48,583 nucleotides of DNA, from contig NW_005434544.1 in NCBI RefSeq assembly GCF_000315625.1, positions 1 through 48,583 of the forward strand. Reading direction: 5' to 3'. The stretch comes from Guillardia theta CCMP2712 (lineage: Eukaryota; Protista; Cryptophyta). The notes beneath the pieces were generated by a model. The model did not search any database. It had not been told where the DNA came from and saw only the letters and a program-made list of their open reading frames with translations. Shown here piece by piece: positions 24,458 to 48,583 of the stretch; position 1 is the stretch's first letter, and each line of letters starts with the position of its first letter. The translations under genes and the position numbers were made by a program.

Positions 24458-27400
24458 ATGAGGGCCGTGTTGTCGGGGGAAATGGTGGAGGGTCTGCGGG
24501 AGGCGGCAGAGGAGTGGGGGAGGAGGAGGAGGAGGGAGAGAGACGAGGACGTAGAAGTTCTTCTCGCTGTGGAGAAGACACAAGTGGAGAGGAAGAAGCG
24601 AGGAGGAGGAGGAGCCGGAGGGGGAGGGGGAGGAGGGGGAGGGGGAGGGAGCTTCAAACCAGACAGGTTCATATGTCTCTCAAGGGGAGGGTTGAAGAAA
24701 GGAACAGCGCAAGATGAAGGGAAAGGGGGAGGAAGAGGAGGAGCAGGGAGAATCGTGGTTCTCAAGGGTTCGACGGGGATGCAGGAGGACGAGAAGAGGA
24801 GCTGCTTTGTCTCAGAGTTGCTGGAGCTGCGGGTGGAGGACGGGATGGAGGGGGTGGAGACACCTGTAGTTACGATCAAGACGACCAAGAGGGCTGACTC
24901 GTGGAAGTGTGCGAACATCTCAGAGTGTGTCCACCTGTTGACCAGCGTGAAGAACTTGTACAAGGAGGTTGTAGGAGGGGAGCTGAAGATCATAGGAGCG
25001 GGTCAACTGCCCGTCAGCAGGGGAAGACTATCGCTGACGTCCAAGGCAAGCGAGCAAGGCTCGGCGGAGCGCTCGACGGGGGAGGAAAGTCAGGAGAGCA
25101 GCGGAAGGGGGAGAAGAAGGAGCAGAAGGCGATCACGGAGGAGGAGGAGATCGAACTGATGCAGATCCTGCACAACAACACGAGGCTCGACGAGGTGCTA
25201 CAGCTGAAGGAGCAGCTGACGCGCGAGTTTGTGCTGCTGCAGGATGCAACCATCCACTCCACGCTCAACAGCCAGGGGCTGATCAGCTCGCTGACGAGGA
25301 GGCTGGAGGAGGCGGCGGGGCCTGCCATGGACCTCGTCAACGACGTCGGGCAGTTCGAGAAGTCGATCAGGGGGGCTCATGCTGATCTCATGGCGCTGCG
25401 AGCGACGAGCAACAGGTTCCATGCCGTGCTGAGAAACCAGGCGGAGATGCAGAGGCTGATATCGGCCTTCACGGAGGACATGTGGCTGAGGGAGGAGGAG
25501 GAGATGATGATCCGTGAGGCCCCGCTGACGACCAAGGAGGGGAAGCTCAACGGCAGGCTGGTGGAGGCAGCTGGGAGGCTCGTGGGCATCGTCAACCACT
25601 TCGTAGAGAACATCCCTCCCGACATGCTGAGGATGGAGGCGGTCATGCAGAGGAAGGAGCAGATTCACAGCCTGCGCCTCGCCTTCTCCCGCCGAGTCCT
25701 CCACCAGCTCAGGAGCGAGCTAGAGGAAGCGGTGCAGGGAGCGGAGAGGGGGAGCAGAGAGGCGATCCATGGGCATCTTGGCGTCTACTTCCCCCTCATC
25801 GAGCACCTCGTGGAGCTCGACGTGTCAGCTCGGAGCTCGCTGGAACGGAGCTACATCGCTCTTGCTGGGCCGTGGCTGAGGGAGGAGGTGACGTCTCTAA
25901 TTGAGCTGAGCAAGGAGCAGGTGGTGCGTGCGAGCAAGGAGCATCGGCTACTCATGGTGCCGGACGCGCGAAGCAAGGAAGTAGACGCGTTCCACTCGGA
26001 CAAGGGAGGAGGAGGAGGAGGAGGGGGAGGAGACGGGCGCGTCATCGGTCGGTGCGGGCTGGCCCACCTGTTCAGGATGTTGGGGTCCCTTCTTCTGAGC
26101 GAGCAGGCGTTCTGTGCCCGGTGGCTGGCGCTGGAGGAGGAGGAGGAGGAGCTGCAGCTGTCGAGCATCTTCCAGAAGTGCCTCATGTCGATCTCGACCG
26201 AGATCATCGCCTTCTGCAGCTGGCTGATCAAGCACGACATGCTCGGACTGCCGGCGCTGCTGTCGCATACCAGCGTCGCGCTGGAGCAGTTTCAGAGGAG
26301 CGAGGGGAAGGGCGGGAAGGAGGGAGCGGGCAGAGGAAGCGAGGCGCAGGAGGATGGGAAGGGAGGGGTGACTAGGAGGGCACCGGGGGGGTCATCGAAC
26401 CGCTTCTGCTGGTACTGGAAGAAGATCCTGTGGGAGGTCAGCATCAACCTGCAGTCAAAGTTCTCGCACTTCATCGACGAGCAGGTGAGGAGGGAAAGAA
26501 GGAGGGAGGAGAGGAAGGGGGAGGGAGGAGAGAGGAGAGGAGAGCAGGAGAGAGGCTCGTTGAACTCGAGATGCTCAGCTGGCCTCCAGGTCGAAGCCCT
26601 GTGCGAGCATGCCTCCAACGTTCGCAAACTTCCTTCGTGGATCAGCAAGGTGAACTGGTGAAGGACGAAGGGAAGGACGAAGGGAAGGGGGGGGGAGGAG
26701 GGGGGGGGGTTGGCAGGGATGGCAGGGATGGATCAGATGATTTTCGCGGCATACGAAGGGGGAAGAGGGTAGAGGAGTCAAGGGAAAGAAGGAGGAGATC
26801 GCTTGCTATATCTGAAGTTCTTCCTCAGCTGCCTGTGTTTGTGCATGAGCTGTACCGCAGTCAGAACACCAAGACTGACGGGACCTTGATGGATAGAAAA
26901 CGACATGTCTCTACCCCCGCCCCTGCCCCTGTCCATGCTCCATCTCCCCATAAAGAGGAACAGCAGGAAACAATCTCATGGGTGAAGTCGGACAACATCC
27001 AACAGGCGGTCGGAAGGCTCGTCACGGCAGCCATGAAGCTTCTGGCCGAACTCGCTTCCTCCGACCCTAAGCACGGCCCTCGCTTCATGCTCAAGAGCTG
27101 CAGCAAGTTGAGGAGGGGGCTGGTGGGGCAGGGGGTACGAGGGAGGGAGGAAGAAAGGGCGAGGGGGCTGGAGGGATACATCTGCGACGACCCTCTCATC
27201 TTGCAGATGACGAGTCAGATCGACGCGCTACAAGAACTTCACATGTGCGATGATGCGGCGGGGTTGAGGCGAAAAAGGAAGGGAAGGACGGGGAGGGGAG
27301 GACGGGAATCAGGAGGGAGGAGGAGGAGGAGGAGGAGGAGAAAATTCGAACATGTTGGAGGGTTTTTGACTGTGTGGATGTGCAGGCAAAGGTACGTCAA

Positions 27401-27863
27401 GTTCACACTGACCCGCGAGCTTGGAAACTTCGTCACTGTGACGAGTTATCTTATTGCATCCGAAGGCTCGCAGTAAGTACCCTGCTGCTGCTGCTGCTGC
27501 TCCTCCTCCTCCTCCTTCCTTGCTATGCCTCTGACGGTTTGCCTGACCAGCGAGGGCGGCAAGCAGGGGGAGATGCTTCCTGTGGAGCTCCGAACTCGCT
27601 CCGCCGTCCTCTCCATCTCCCGCAAGGCGTTCGCAGAGCGAGGTGCTCAGGGGACGGCCATGGCTTTGCACAGGAGGGTGGAGAAGCACTTGGGAGACGA
27701 CCCCTTCCTCTTCCACGGCTCCCTTTCAGAGATGTACGACTTCGTCCTCCTCCGCTACGAGGCGCTGGAGAAGTTCACAAGCAGCCAGTTCGGAGAGGAG
27801 GTCACTCCCAAGTCCGCAGAGCTCAAGAGCGCGTTCAGGACCGTCCTCTCAGACATGCAGTAG
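24458..27863 (+). CDS. SEC3: Exocyst complex component Sec3/EXOC1
   Basis: N-terminal PH-like region (..DSWKCANISECVHLLTSVKNLYKE), 50-nt intron 24968-25017, then ITEEEEIELMQIL..LKEQLTREFVLLQDATIHSTLNS (cf. LTAREEQDIE..EKLSRELQVLDGANIQSIM). C-terminus LHRRVEKHLGDD..EMYDFVLLRYEALEKF (cf. LYKKVDKHL..SMQDEFIRQY). Confidence 0.82.
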
Positions 27864-27975
27864 CAGCCAGCTCGGCCCTTCCTCCCTTCGCCACCCACCC
27901 CACTTGCCCCTTCTCCTTCCATCCTGCTACTCCCTCCTCCCTCCTCGACTGTCGATGAACTTCCAGGCGGAGCTA

Positions 27976-28586
27976 TCATAGCTCCTTCCCCTTGGCGCGA
28001 ACCTCCTCGTCCCCTAGCGTCTTGTCCGAGATCGACTCCTCGTCGCACACCCTCATGACAGATCGGCACATGGAGTCAACGAACGCCGGCAGCTCCTCCT
28101 CGCTGTGCCGCAGGATCTCCTCCTCATGGTCCGAGTACATCTCCCCACACAAGTTCTTGATGTACCTCCCTGCCCAGTTCCCGTGCGCTCGCGCGATCGA
28201 CTTGTCCTTGCTGAACTTCTGCGTCGGTAGGTTGTTCCGCAGCTGCAGCCCGTACTCGTCCACCCTGGACTCGCACACGACGTCGAGGGCTTCCGTGTAC
28301 TCATAGTCCTTGATGCGAGCCGCCTTCCTCCTCTCCCTCAGCTCCCTCAGCGTATCATGGAATTCAACAGCGCTTCCTCTGCATGCGCTACACTTGAGCC
28401 TAGCAGCAACCTGACGGCACGATCGTAAGCGCTTCGACCGGAGGAACAGCATATCACCTTGGGGTCCCCGTAGTCAGGAAGGTTCTCGTGCTGCTCCTGA
28501 GTGATCTCCACCGCGGTGCATTGCAGAGCCAAGGACACAGCGAGCATGAGCGTGACGAGGCATTCTCCCCTCCCGGTGTGAGCCAT
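27976..28586 (-). CDS. Canopy/DUF3456-like saposin-fold ER-lumen protein
   Basis: Signal peptide MAHTGRGECLVTLMLAVSLALQCTA, one short intron near 28411-28458, saposin-type six-Cys pattern (CSAC..VVCE..LCGE..MCRSVMRVC), C-terminal GKEL resembling an ER retention signal. Confidence 0.72.
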
Positions 28587-30230
28587 CGGTGGTGCGTTGG
28601 GCTGTGCAAGATGTTGTCAACTTGAAGTACATGGTATTGGTTTCTTTGTTGTACATCGTACAGCTTCTTAACAATCTCTGTGTCAAGAATGATGCCTTCA
28701 CTCTTCTTTCATCTTATTCATAGTCGTCCTCCCCGCCAAATATTTTCTTCGGCCGTTGAATATCCTCCCTAGAACAAATCTCTTTTATATGATATCATTC
28801 CTTCCACCTCATTTCGAGTTGTTCATAAATGAACTTCCTGTCCCTCTTCTCTGCTCTCCTTCTCTGCTCTCCTTCTCTGCTCTCCTTCTCTGCTCTCCTT
28901 CTCTGCTCTCCTTCTCTGCTCTCCTTCTCTCCTCTCCTTCTCTCCTCTAAACTTCCTTTCCTCTCTGCCCAACGACAACGCGACCTGCCCGACAGGTTCC
29001 ACGTAGAACTTCGAAGTTTCTTCGATTTTCTGAATTTCACAAATCTTTCTGTCTTAAATCAGAAAAAATAAAACTTTGTCTTACAATTTGAAATTATAGA
29101 TGAAATATTCAGCCATATGCCCCAGCTCGCCACACGTCGCCATCGTCCATTGCTTGGTGGGATATTTCAATCAGCTCAACGAGTTTCCGCTAACAAATAA
29201 TGACTCGAGCTATTTCTTTTCACAGGATTCTTTACACTCTAGTCAAGTGTAAAGTTGGGGTTTCAGTTTACTTCAGATGCTGACATTGCTGACTTCACCC
29301 CACCTACCAAATTAGTACTGAGAGGGGGTACACGTGCGATCTGGAGTTAAATCTGAAAACTGGTACGTAGCAAACATGACTACGGAACGATGTAATCTTG
29401 TAGCCCTTCTTAAAGTGGGGCCACAAGGTTGAGGCTCTTGGGAAAGGATGTAGGATCAGAGCCGGGGGGCTGAACTAGATATGAGGAGAGGAAAGGGGGG
29501 GGGGAGGAAAAGAGATAAGAGGAGAGGAGGAGGAGGAGGAGGAGGAAAGTTTGAAGAGAAGAGGGTAAGAGAGAACATCAAGCTGAAGGACACCAAGACA
29601 ACAAGGAGAGGGCTGGGCAAGGACAAGAACCGAACGCTGTAGTGCAGAACAAGTTTTCAAAACCTCTTTTCAACACCATGAAGCTCACATTCTCAATTCG
29701 CAAACTGACTGCGAACAGTATGGATGCCACGACCAAACAAGCTCTTCAGAGCCAGAGCTTCACGGAGAAGGGCGTCGTTCAAAGACGGAGAAACAGCCTC
29801 GGGAAGCCAATATCGACAGCGAACGATCAGAAGGATATGACGAGCTCGGACCACTCCAGGCAGCTGCAACAGGAGGGCGTGCTCTCGGAAACAAGCTGGA
29901 TTTCCTTCTTTTCAGAGGAAGATACTCCTGCTGGGAGGCGAGCCAAGTGGTGAGCAATTCTTCCTGTGCCGTTGTGGTTGCTGACTGTTAACTTCAGTTT
30001 GGTGGACTATCTCCATGGAGATGGACACTAGCACAAGATACAACTCGCAATCTCCGAGGATTGAGGCGAACAGAGCTCAAACAAACATATTCTTTTCATC
30101 ATGTACATTATATTCTCCACTATGGTCAGTTTACCTTGTTAAACGATCGTGTTTACACTATCAGATGGGTAAAACACAAAACGAAATCTCCTGCCCGCCT
30201 CCTCCCACGGCATACCATGACTTGCACTGT

Positions 30231-38315
<8,085 letters not shown>

Positions 38316-38846
38316 GACAACGAGAGGAGAAAGATAAGTCTCCCCTTCACATCTACATCCTCTTGCCCCTCCTCCTGCTCCTGCTCCTTGACCAGGCTTC
38401 GTAGAGCATCTCGACCCCCCCCCCCCCCCCCCCCCCGGTTACGTTTTTTTTTTCAGGGTTGACAAATCAAAGCCCGCTTTGTCAATAAAACCAAACATTC
38501 CAGTTACGAACGGGGGGAACTCCTCCACTCGGCCCCACCACCCTGCAAGGGTCCTCTAAAAGAATTCAAAACTGCTAAAAGCTTGGGTCTATCAAAACTG
38601 CTTGGGGCTTAAAGGGGCCCTTACTTTAAAAACTTCTGGTGGGGTTGTTATCAAATGGGGCCGGTTTTTTACCGTAGGAAACCAGGCTCGGGCGGCGCCC
38701 GGCCGCCATGAGCAGGTGAGGCTTGGCTGACTTGGGATCTACGGCAGAGCTACGGCAGCACGTGCGGGGGTATTGGAACGATTGAAAGAGAGGATGAGCA
38801 GGTGAGATCGTCTTGCACCAGTACAATAAGACAAGCATGAACTTCC

Positions 38847-38922
<76 letters not shown>

Positions 38923-39082
38923 GGAGGAGGAGGAGGAGGAGGAGGAGGAGGAGGATGAGGTTGAAGATGATGTCTCAAGTTTATGTACAACTAAAGGTAA
39001 GGAACAGGTCTACAACCCGTCCCCTTGATGTCATCAACCTACAACCAGAACAGAGGCTGGTCAGTCTGTTTCGCAGGCACGT

Positions 39083-42000
39083 TCACATCCCCCAACAGTC
39101 CCTGCAGCAATATGCGTCACGACTCAACATAACCCGACTCAGGCCACCAGTACCGAGTCATAGAAGGCCCCGTCCTGCTTAGCAGCTTTCTTCTTGTTGT
39201 GACCCCTACAAGCCGAGTAAGACGAGGAGGATCGAGAACCTGAGCCTACCTGCTGCTGGTGACCTGCGCTGGTGCAGCCTTGTGCTTGCTGTTGAGGGAG
39301 GCGAGAGAGGAGATGAGGTATGAGTCGAAGTTGGGATCGTCTGAGCGAAAGAGACGAGTGAGACGGAAGAAGGGGAGGCGAGCAAGGAGAGGAGGAGAGC
39401 AAGGAGGGGAGAAGAGCAAGGAGAAACCTTTCGGATGGTTGAAAATCTTGTCAAGCTTCGACTCGCCTTCACCCGAAGCCTCGTCCTGCTCGGCCTCAGC
39501 TGGAGCTGCTTCTGCTGCTCTCCTCTTATGCGATGGCTGCACCGGACAGGACAAGTGAGCGAAGGCGAGGTTACTCACGAGGGACGTACCATGCTCATTC
39601 CCCCGAAGCTGCCGAGGCTACCCAAGATGTTTTCCTTACTGATATCTTGCCTGGATGCCTGTGTTGTACTCAGTTCCATCCCTTCCTCCTTCCCATGCTC
39701 ACCTCTCTCCTCTCCGGGCGAACCCGCTCCGTCACCCTCGCGCTGGCATCATCAACATCGGGCGTCCCCTGGGCAGAGTCCTTGGCACTCTGCTCCTGCG
39801 CGTTCATGACGTCGAAGAGCTTCTGTCGCTCCTTCAGCTCCTTGAACTCTTCGTCAATCAGGAACTGCTTCCTCAGCACTCGCGACTCCTAGCAGGCGAG
39901 AGTTTGAGACGTGCACAGCACAACGGGAGCAGCCTCTCACCCTCTGCTTCTCTGAGCTCCAGGCTTGCCTTATCCGCTGCAACTCCCTTGACATCTCCTC
40001 CAGCTTCTTGGTCTGGATACGTTCCTGCAACCGACGCGTCACCTTCCTGCCCCGACCTCGTTCCCTCGTGCTCACCTTCGACCTCCACTTGGACTGCAGG
40101 AACGCCATGTCGAGGTTGGCCTTCTCCCTCTTCCTCTCGCTATCGACTTCGCTCTTCCTCAGGTTGTCCATTTCGTGCAGCAGCGAATGAATCTCCTGGT
40201 CCTCTTTCTGCGAGTAATCCCGATACTTGGTGGCCTGTACAACCTTTCACACATTTTCACCTTGCACCAACACACTCCCAACCTCCGCACTGCTCTTGTC
40301 CGCAGTGTCCATCAGACTCTCGACGGCTCCACGTGCCTCTCTAGCCACCTTGATCAACGTCTTTGCATCCTTGTCCTTCTGCAGAGCACAAATCACAATC
40401 TAACAACACCCCCCGAGCTCTCTTCTCCTCACCTGCTCTTGCGCCAGCGCGAACCTCTGCCGGGCCAGCTCTCTGAGGCGGTCAAGAGCCATGGTCTTCG
40501 ATTCCTGGTCACTCGTGTCAGGAGCGTCATGCCTTGTGGTCCGTTGAGCGCACCTCCAGTGCCTTCGCCTCGTTGACGGCCCTCTGCTTCTCAGCCTCTT
40601 CTTTCTGCAAGATGTCCTTCATCTCCCCCTCCATCTGCAGCTCGTGCTTCTGCTGGTGGTCCACAAAGCTCTGCATCGCACTTTGCATCTGCTTCTCCTT
40701 GGTGAGAAGCTCACTGTCCATCGCCTTCTTCATCTTCTCCTCGTACAACTTGCCCTCCTTGTCCTTCAGGTTTGACACCGTCTTCTGCATCTGGAGTTGC
40801 ATGTCGGCGATACGCTTTGCCTCTTCCGCCTTCATCTGGGTCGTCAACTTGGCCATGTTCTCCCGCATGTTAAAGATCATGCTCTGCTCATTCGCGGCCA
40901 TGCCCTCCAGCACTTTCTCTCGGCCTTTCTCCCTTTGCAAGTCTGAGTTCAAGATCCTCACGTTCCTCTTCAGGTCGCTGACTTCATTGGAGGACTCCTG
41001 ATCATTCTGGACCAACGCACTCGACAGCCTCGTCTCGAGTCTCTTCACGGGCTCTTCGATCCTCCGAACCTCATCTTCGAACCTCTCAAGATACGCCTTC
41101 TGCTGATCCTCCTGCCCCATCATGTTCGACCTGGCAAGCGCCGGCTGACGACCACGACGACCTCGAAACACGCGCGAGTTGGTCGTAGCCAGCTGGCTGC
41201 GGTGGAACTTTCCTGTTGATTTGGACCTCACCCACCTGCTGTCAGACGTGTCGTCGTTTTCATCGTCGTAGTTGGGGTGCGCGTGCTTGGGCGCATCAGC
41301 GGAGAAAAGCTTCGAAGATCCGCGATCGTCCAGGACGTTGTCGTAGTATGAAGGCCAGCTCCGGCTACCCCACAGAGGTCTGTTGCTCTCTTTGACGCTC
41401 ACTGTCTTGGCCTTCACGGAAACAGGAGGCTTCACTGCCGCTGCCTTCATCGTTCGTGTTTCCGGCTGCTTGCTGACAGCATCGGCGCGGGAGGGAACTT
41501 GTCGCTTGTAGAGCGAGGCAAGGTCCTCATACTTGTGCTCCTGTCTCTTCAGTGCAGTCAACTTCTTCTGGAAGTTGTCCGTCTCGACACTCTCCTTGAC
41601 GTGCTTCTGAAGCTTCTGGATGGAATCGGAGAACAGCTGCTTAGCATTATTGAGCAAATTCTTGGCGTCGGCCTTGTTCTCTCCGGCAAGCTTCATGTCC
41701 TCCAGATAAGCTTTGCGCTTCGCCCTCTCGGCATTCAGCTCCATCTTGAGGGCAGCATGGGCCGACCCAGTCTCCGACGCCATCTGGACGGCCTTCTGTT
41801 CCATGCTCGCTGCCTGTTGGGCTTCTGTCTTGGCACGCTTGTCCCTCTCCACCTCCTCCTTGAGGAGCATGTGCAGGCGATCTTCGAGCGCAGCAGCTCT
41901 GTCCTCAGCTGACTTGGACTGGTATCGCAGTTCTCTTGCCAGACGCTCGGCCTGCTGTGCGCCAACAGCATGGACGGCAGCGGAACCAAGAAGGCGGGGG

Positions 42001-42179
42001 TAAGAGCTACGGGTTGAGGGCGAAGAAATGGCAGAGCTCAAGGAGTCCAGGTGGTCGCCACGGGCTGCTTCTCTGTCGAGGACAGAGAAGCTCATGATGG
42101 TGCATGCGGCGATGAACAACCCAGCCAACGTGGGGAGCAAGACGCCCACCACCTCCTTCTTGAATCCTTCGAGCCTCAT
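39083..42179 (-). CDS. Lineage-specific coiled-coil protein with N-terminal signal anchor
   Basis: 550-codon first ORF with hydrophobic VVGVLLPTLAGLFIAACTIMSFSVL and long E/K/Q heptad regions; continues through further exons (ESKTMALDRLRELARQRF.., ..MDNLRKSE.., ..GAFYDS). Stop at 39139 or 39083. Confidence 0.65.
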
Positions 42180-43501
42180 GTTTCACGGGTAAGGAACAAG
42201 CTCCTTCAACGACCTGCTGCTGATCTTCTCTCTCCCTCCTAAATATTCTTCCTCTTCCTCTTCCTCTTCCTCTTCCTCCAGCAGCTACTTCTGCAGCTAC
42301 TTGCCCATGACGCGCCTCTTCGCCTCGACTCAATTGTTCTCACCCCTACTTTGAATCATATTACCCACCCCCATGTCATCAAACCAGACCAATTAAGGGG
42401 GTACTACATGTACCCCACCCCCCCAATACAACCATTTGAGAAGAAACTCGGCCCGCCGTGTTCCGGGCCCGGGCCAGTGGAGGCACCTTAGCATTGCCTG
42501 AGGCGGGGATTTAGTACCCCTGGGAAATAGGTCACATGAGCGGTATTGAGAAGGGTGGGGTAGTTAGAGGGGCCTGGAGGGAGAATGGCCGGATCCTCCT
42601 GCATGCCGAAGTAGCAGGGGGGCGATGGCTGCGAGGACAGAGGGAGAGAGGAGGAGGATGGAAGAGGAGGAAGAGACGGGAAGAGACTCGAGGAGGAGAA
42701 GGGAGAGAGAAGGAGGAGAGATTCTGTAGAGACATGAGAAAGGACGATGATAAAGTTCAGCACGGGGGAAACAAAAGGAACACACAAGGGGGAGGTGAGA
42801 TGCGAGGCAGAAGGCGATGGCAGCAGCACGTTGGTGGAAACGAGACTAGAATGATGTTGGACAAGTTGGGTGTGTTGGGGAGTTGGTGGGAGGGAGAGTG
42901 TGCTAGGGGAAGAGAGTGGAGGGCAGCCACGCATGGGACTGTAGCGGGAAGCAGGTTGAAAGTTAGAGCAAGACCAGGGAATCAAGAGATAGGAAGCGGG
43001 AGGCGCGATTGAAGAGCTAAGATAGCACCAGAGACAGGATGCAGCTGATGAAGCGCCAAGTGGAATGAGTCGAGCATAGAGGGAAGGGTACAAGGAGAGA
43101 TGGAGGCTCATACAGACCCTTTGAAAGGTTTGCAGAGTGTTAAAGTGTGGTTATATTACAAAAAATATGATTATCCCAACGATGTGAGAGAGGAGTGAGC
43201 CTTGATAGATGATTGAATAGCAGGCAAATGAACAAGAAAAAGGATGGAAGGCGTCGAGGAGACTTCATTTAGAATTGGGAGGAAATCGGTTTCAGAGCTG
43301 CTTCCTCTTGGATTTTGACATATTGTTGACTTTTCTTCTCAAGCAGGAAGTGCAATATGAAGTGGAGTTCCTTGCCTTGACACATCAGTTGCATCGCCTC
43401 ATCTCTGTTGGCTCTCATGTACACGTGATGGCTCTGGCTCGTTGGAAGGTTGGCTTGAAGACTTGAACAATATATCTTCCCTGCCATACCAAGACTGAAA
43501 G

Positions 43502-47777
<4,276 letters not shown>

Positions 47778-47994
47778 GAGATTGCATGGCGGGCAGGAGG
47801 GTTTGTTGATGTTGGGGAGGAATGAGAGAGTTAAGAGGTTATGTTGACAGTCACGAGTAATACAGCCTTCGACGAGGACGGAAGGAGTGATGAGCGGGAG
47901 AGGAGGAGCAGGTAGAGAGGGAAAGTGCGAGGGAGGAGGGAGGATGAGAAGAGCTGGGAGGGAGGGAGGGAGTTGAATCGAACAAATTTCACCG

Positions 47995-48583
47995 TCATTT
48001 CATTCGAACTGCGTTGGGGATCTGCACATGATACTCCCTGGCCTTGGCCTCCCTCGCCTCCTGTAGGATCGCACACCAGCAGCACAGGCTCGAGGCGCAG
48101 CAGTCAGACATGCAGCTCCCCTCGATCTGGTACTTCTCCCTCAGCGCACTCCTGTGAAAGCTCCATGTCAGGCATACAGCAGGAGACGAGGACAAGGGGA
48201 GAAGAGGGGAGGAGGAGAGGAGAAGGGGGGAGGGGGGGCGGGGGGGAGGAAGGTAGAGGGGGAGAAGAGTACCACCAGTAGAGAAGGATGGGAGGGAAAG
48301 AAATTCCCTCCCCTGTGTACCTCTTAATAATTCTGGGCGAACTCCGGGCTGCCGTCCCGCATCTTGACGATGGCGATGGAGAAGTTGAGGAAGAAGGCGA
48401 GCTGCATGTGCACGTGCACCTCGTACTGGGTCACCATGGGGATGCACCTCGAAACGTTTCCCAGCAACCTGCATGCCGGCGACAGCCACACCTTGTCATC
48501 CACACAGTCCACCTGCGTGTTGCCAGTCTGAGTGATATAGTTGGCGGTGTCTCGAAAGTTGTTGTACGTCCCCGTGTCCTGGT
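47995..48583 (-). CDS. PLAC8-domain (Cys-rich) protein, 3' part; 5' end outside the window
   Basis: Terminal exon FHRSALREKYQIEGSCMSDCCASSLCCWCAILQEARE matches the PLAC8 C-terminal motif R..lR..Y.I.GS...DC....cC..Cal.QE.RE. Confidence 0.8.

Noticed and set aside
24968-25020. Apparent frameshift or ultra-short 16-19 nt intron in SEC3
   Set aside because: An ordinary 50-nt GT-AG intron (24968-25017) restores the frame.

Overview
Eukaryotic nuclear DNA: gene-dense, GC-rich, very intron-rich (GT-AG introns, many ~45-60 nt, often with a CTGAC/CTAAC branch motif close to the 3' AG), with many introns expanded by microsatellites and four N-gaps. The style suggests a cryptophyte alga (Guillardia/Hanusia-like); this is inference, not proof. 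Manual splicing gives about 12 genes: V-ATPase subunit H (5' part), importin-9, galactokinase, a low-complexity membrane protein, an Atg8-like/ASCH fusion, exocyst Sec3, a canopy/saposin-like ER protein, a short hypothetical ORF, a large TPR+IQ protein, two coiled-coil proteins, and the 3' end of a PLAC8-domain gene. Most interesting: (1) a spliced gene joining a putative signal/transit leader ending in LWLRGG, an Atg8-like domain lacking the lipidation glycine, and an ASCH domain; (2) an E. coli GalK-like galactokinase with 17 introns and a signal peptide + LRLKGGG leader; (3) two kinds of mosaic intergenic islands sitting upstream of genes. Exon structures were derived by eye; family calls rest on recalled motifs, not database searches.
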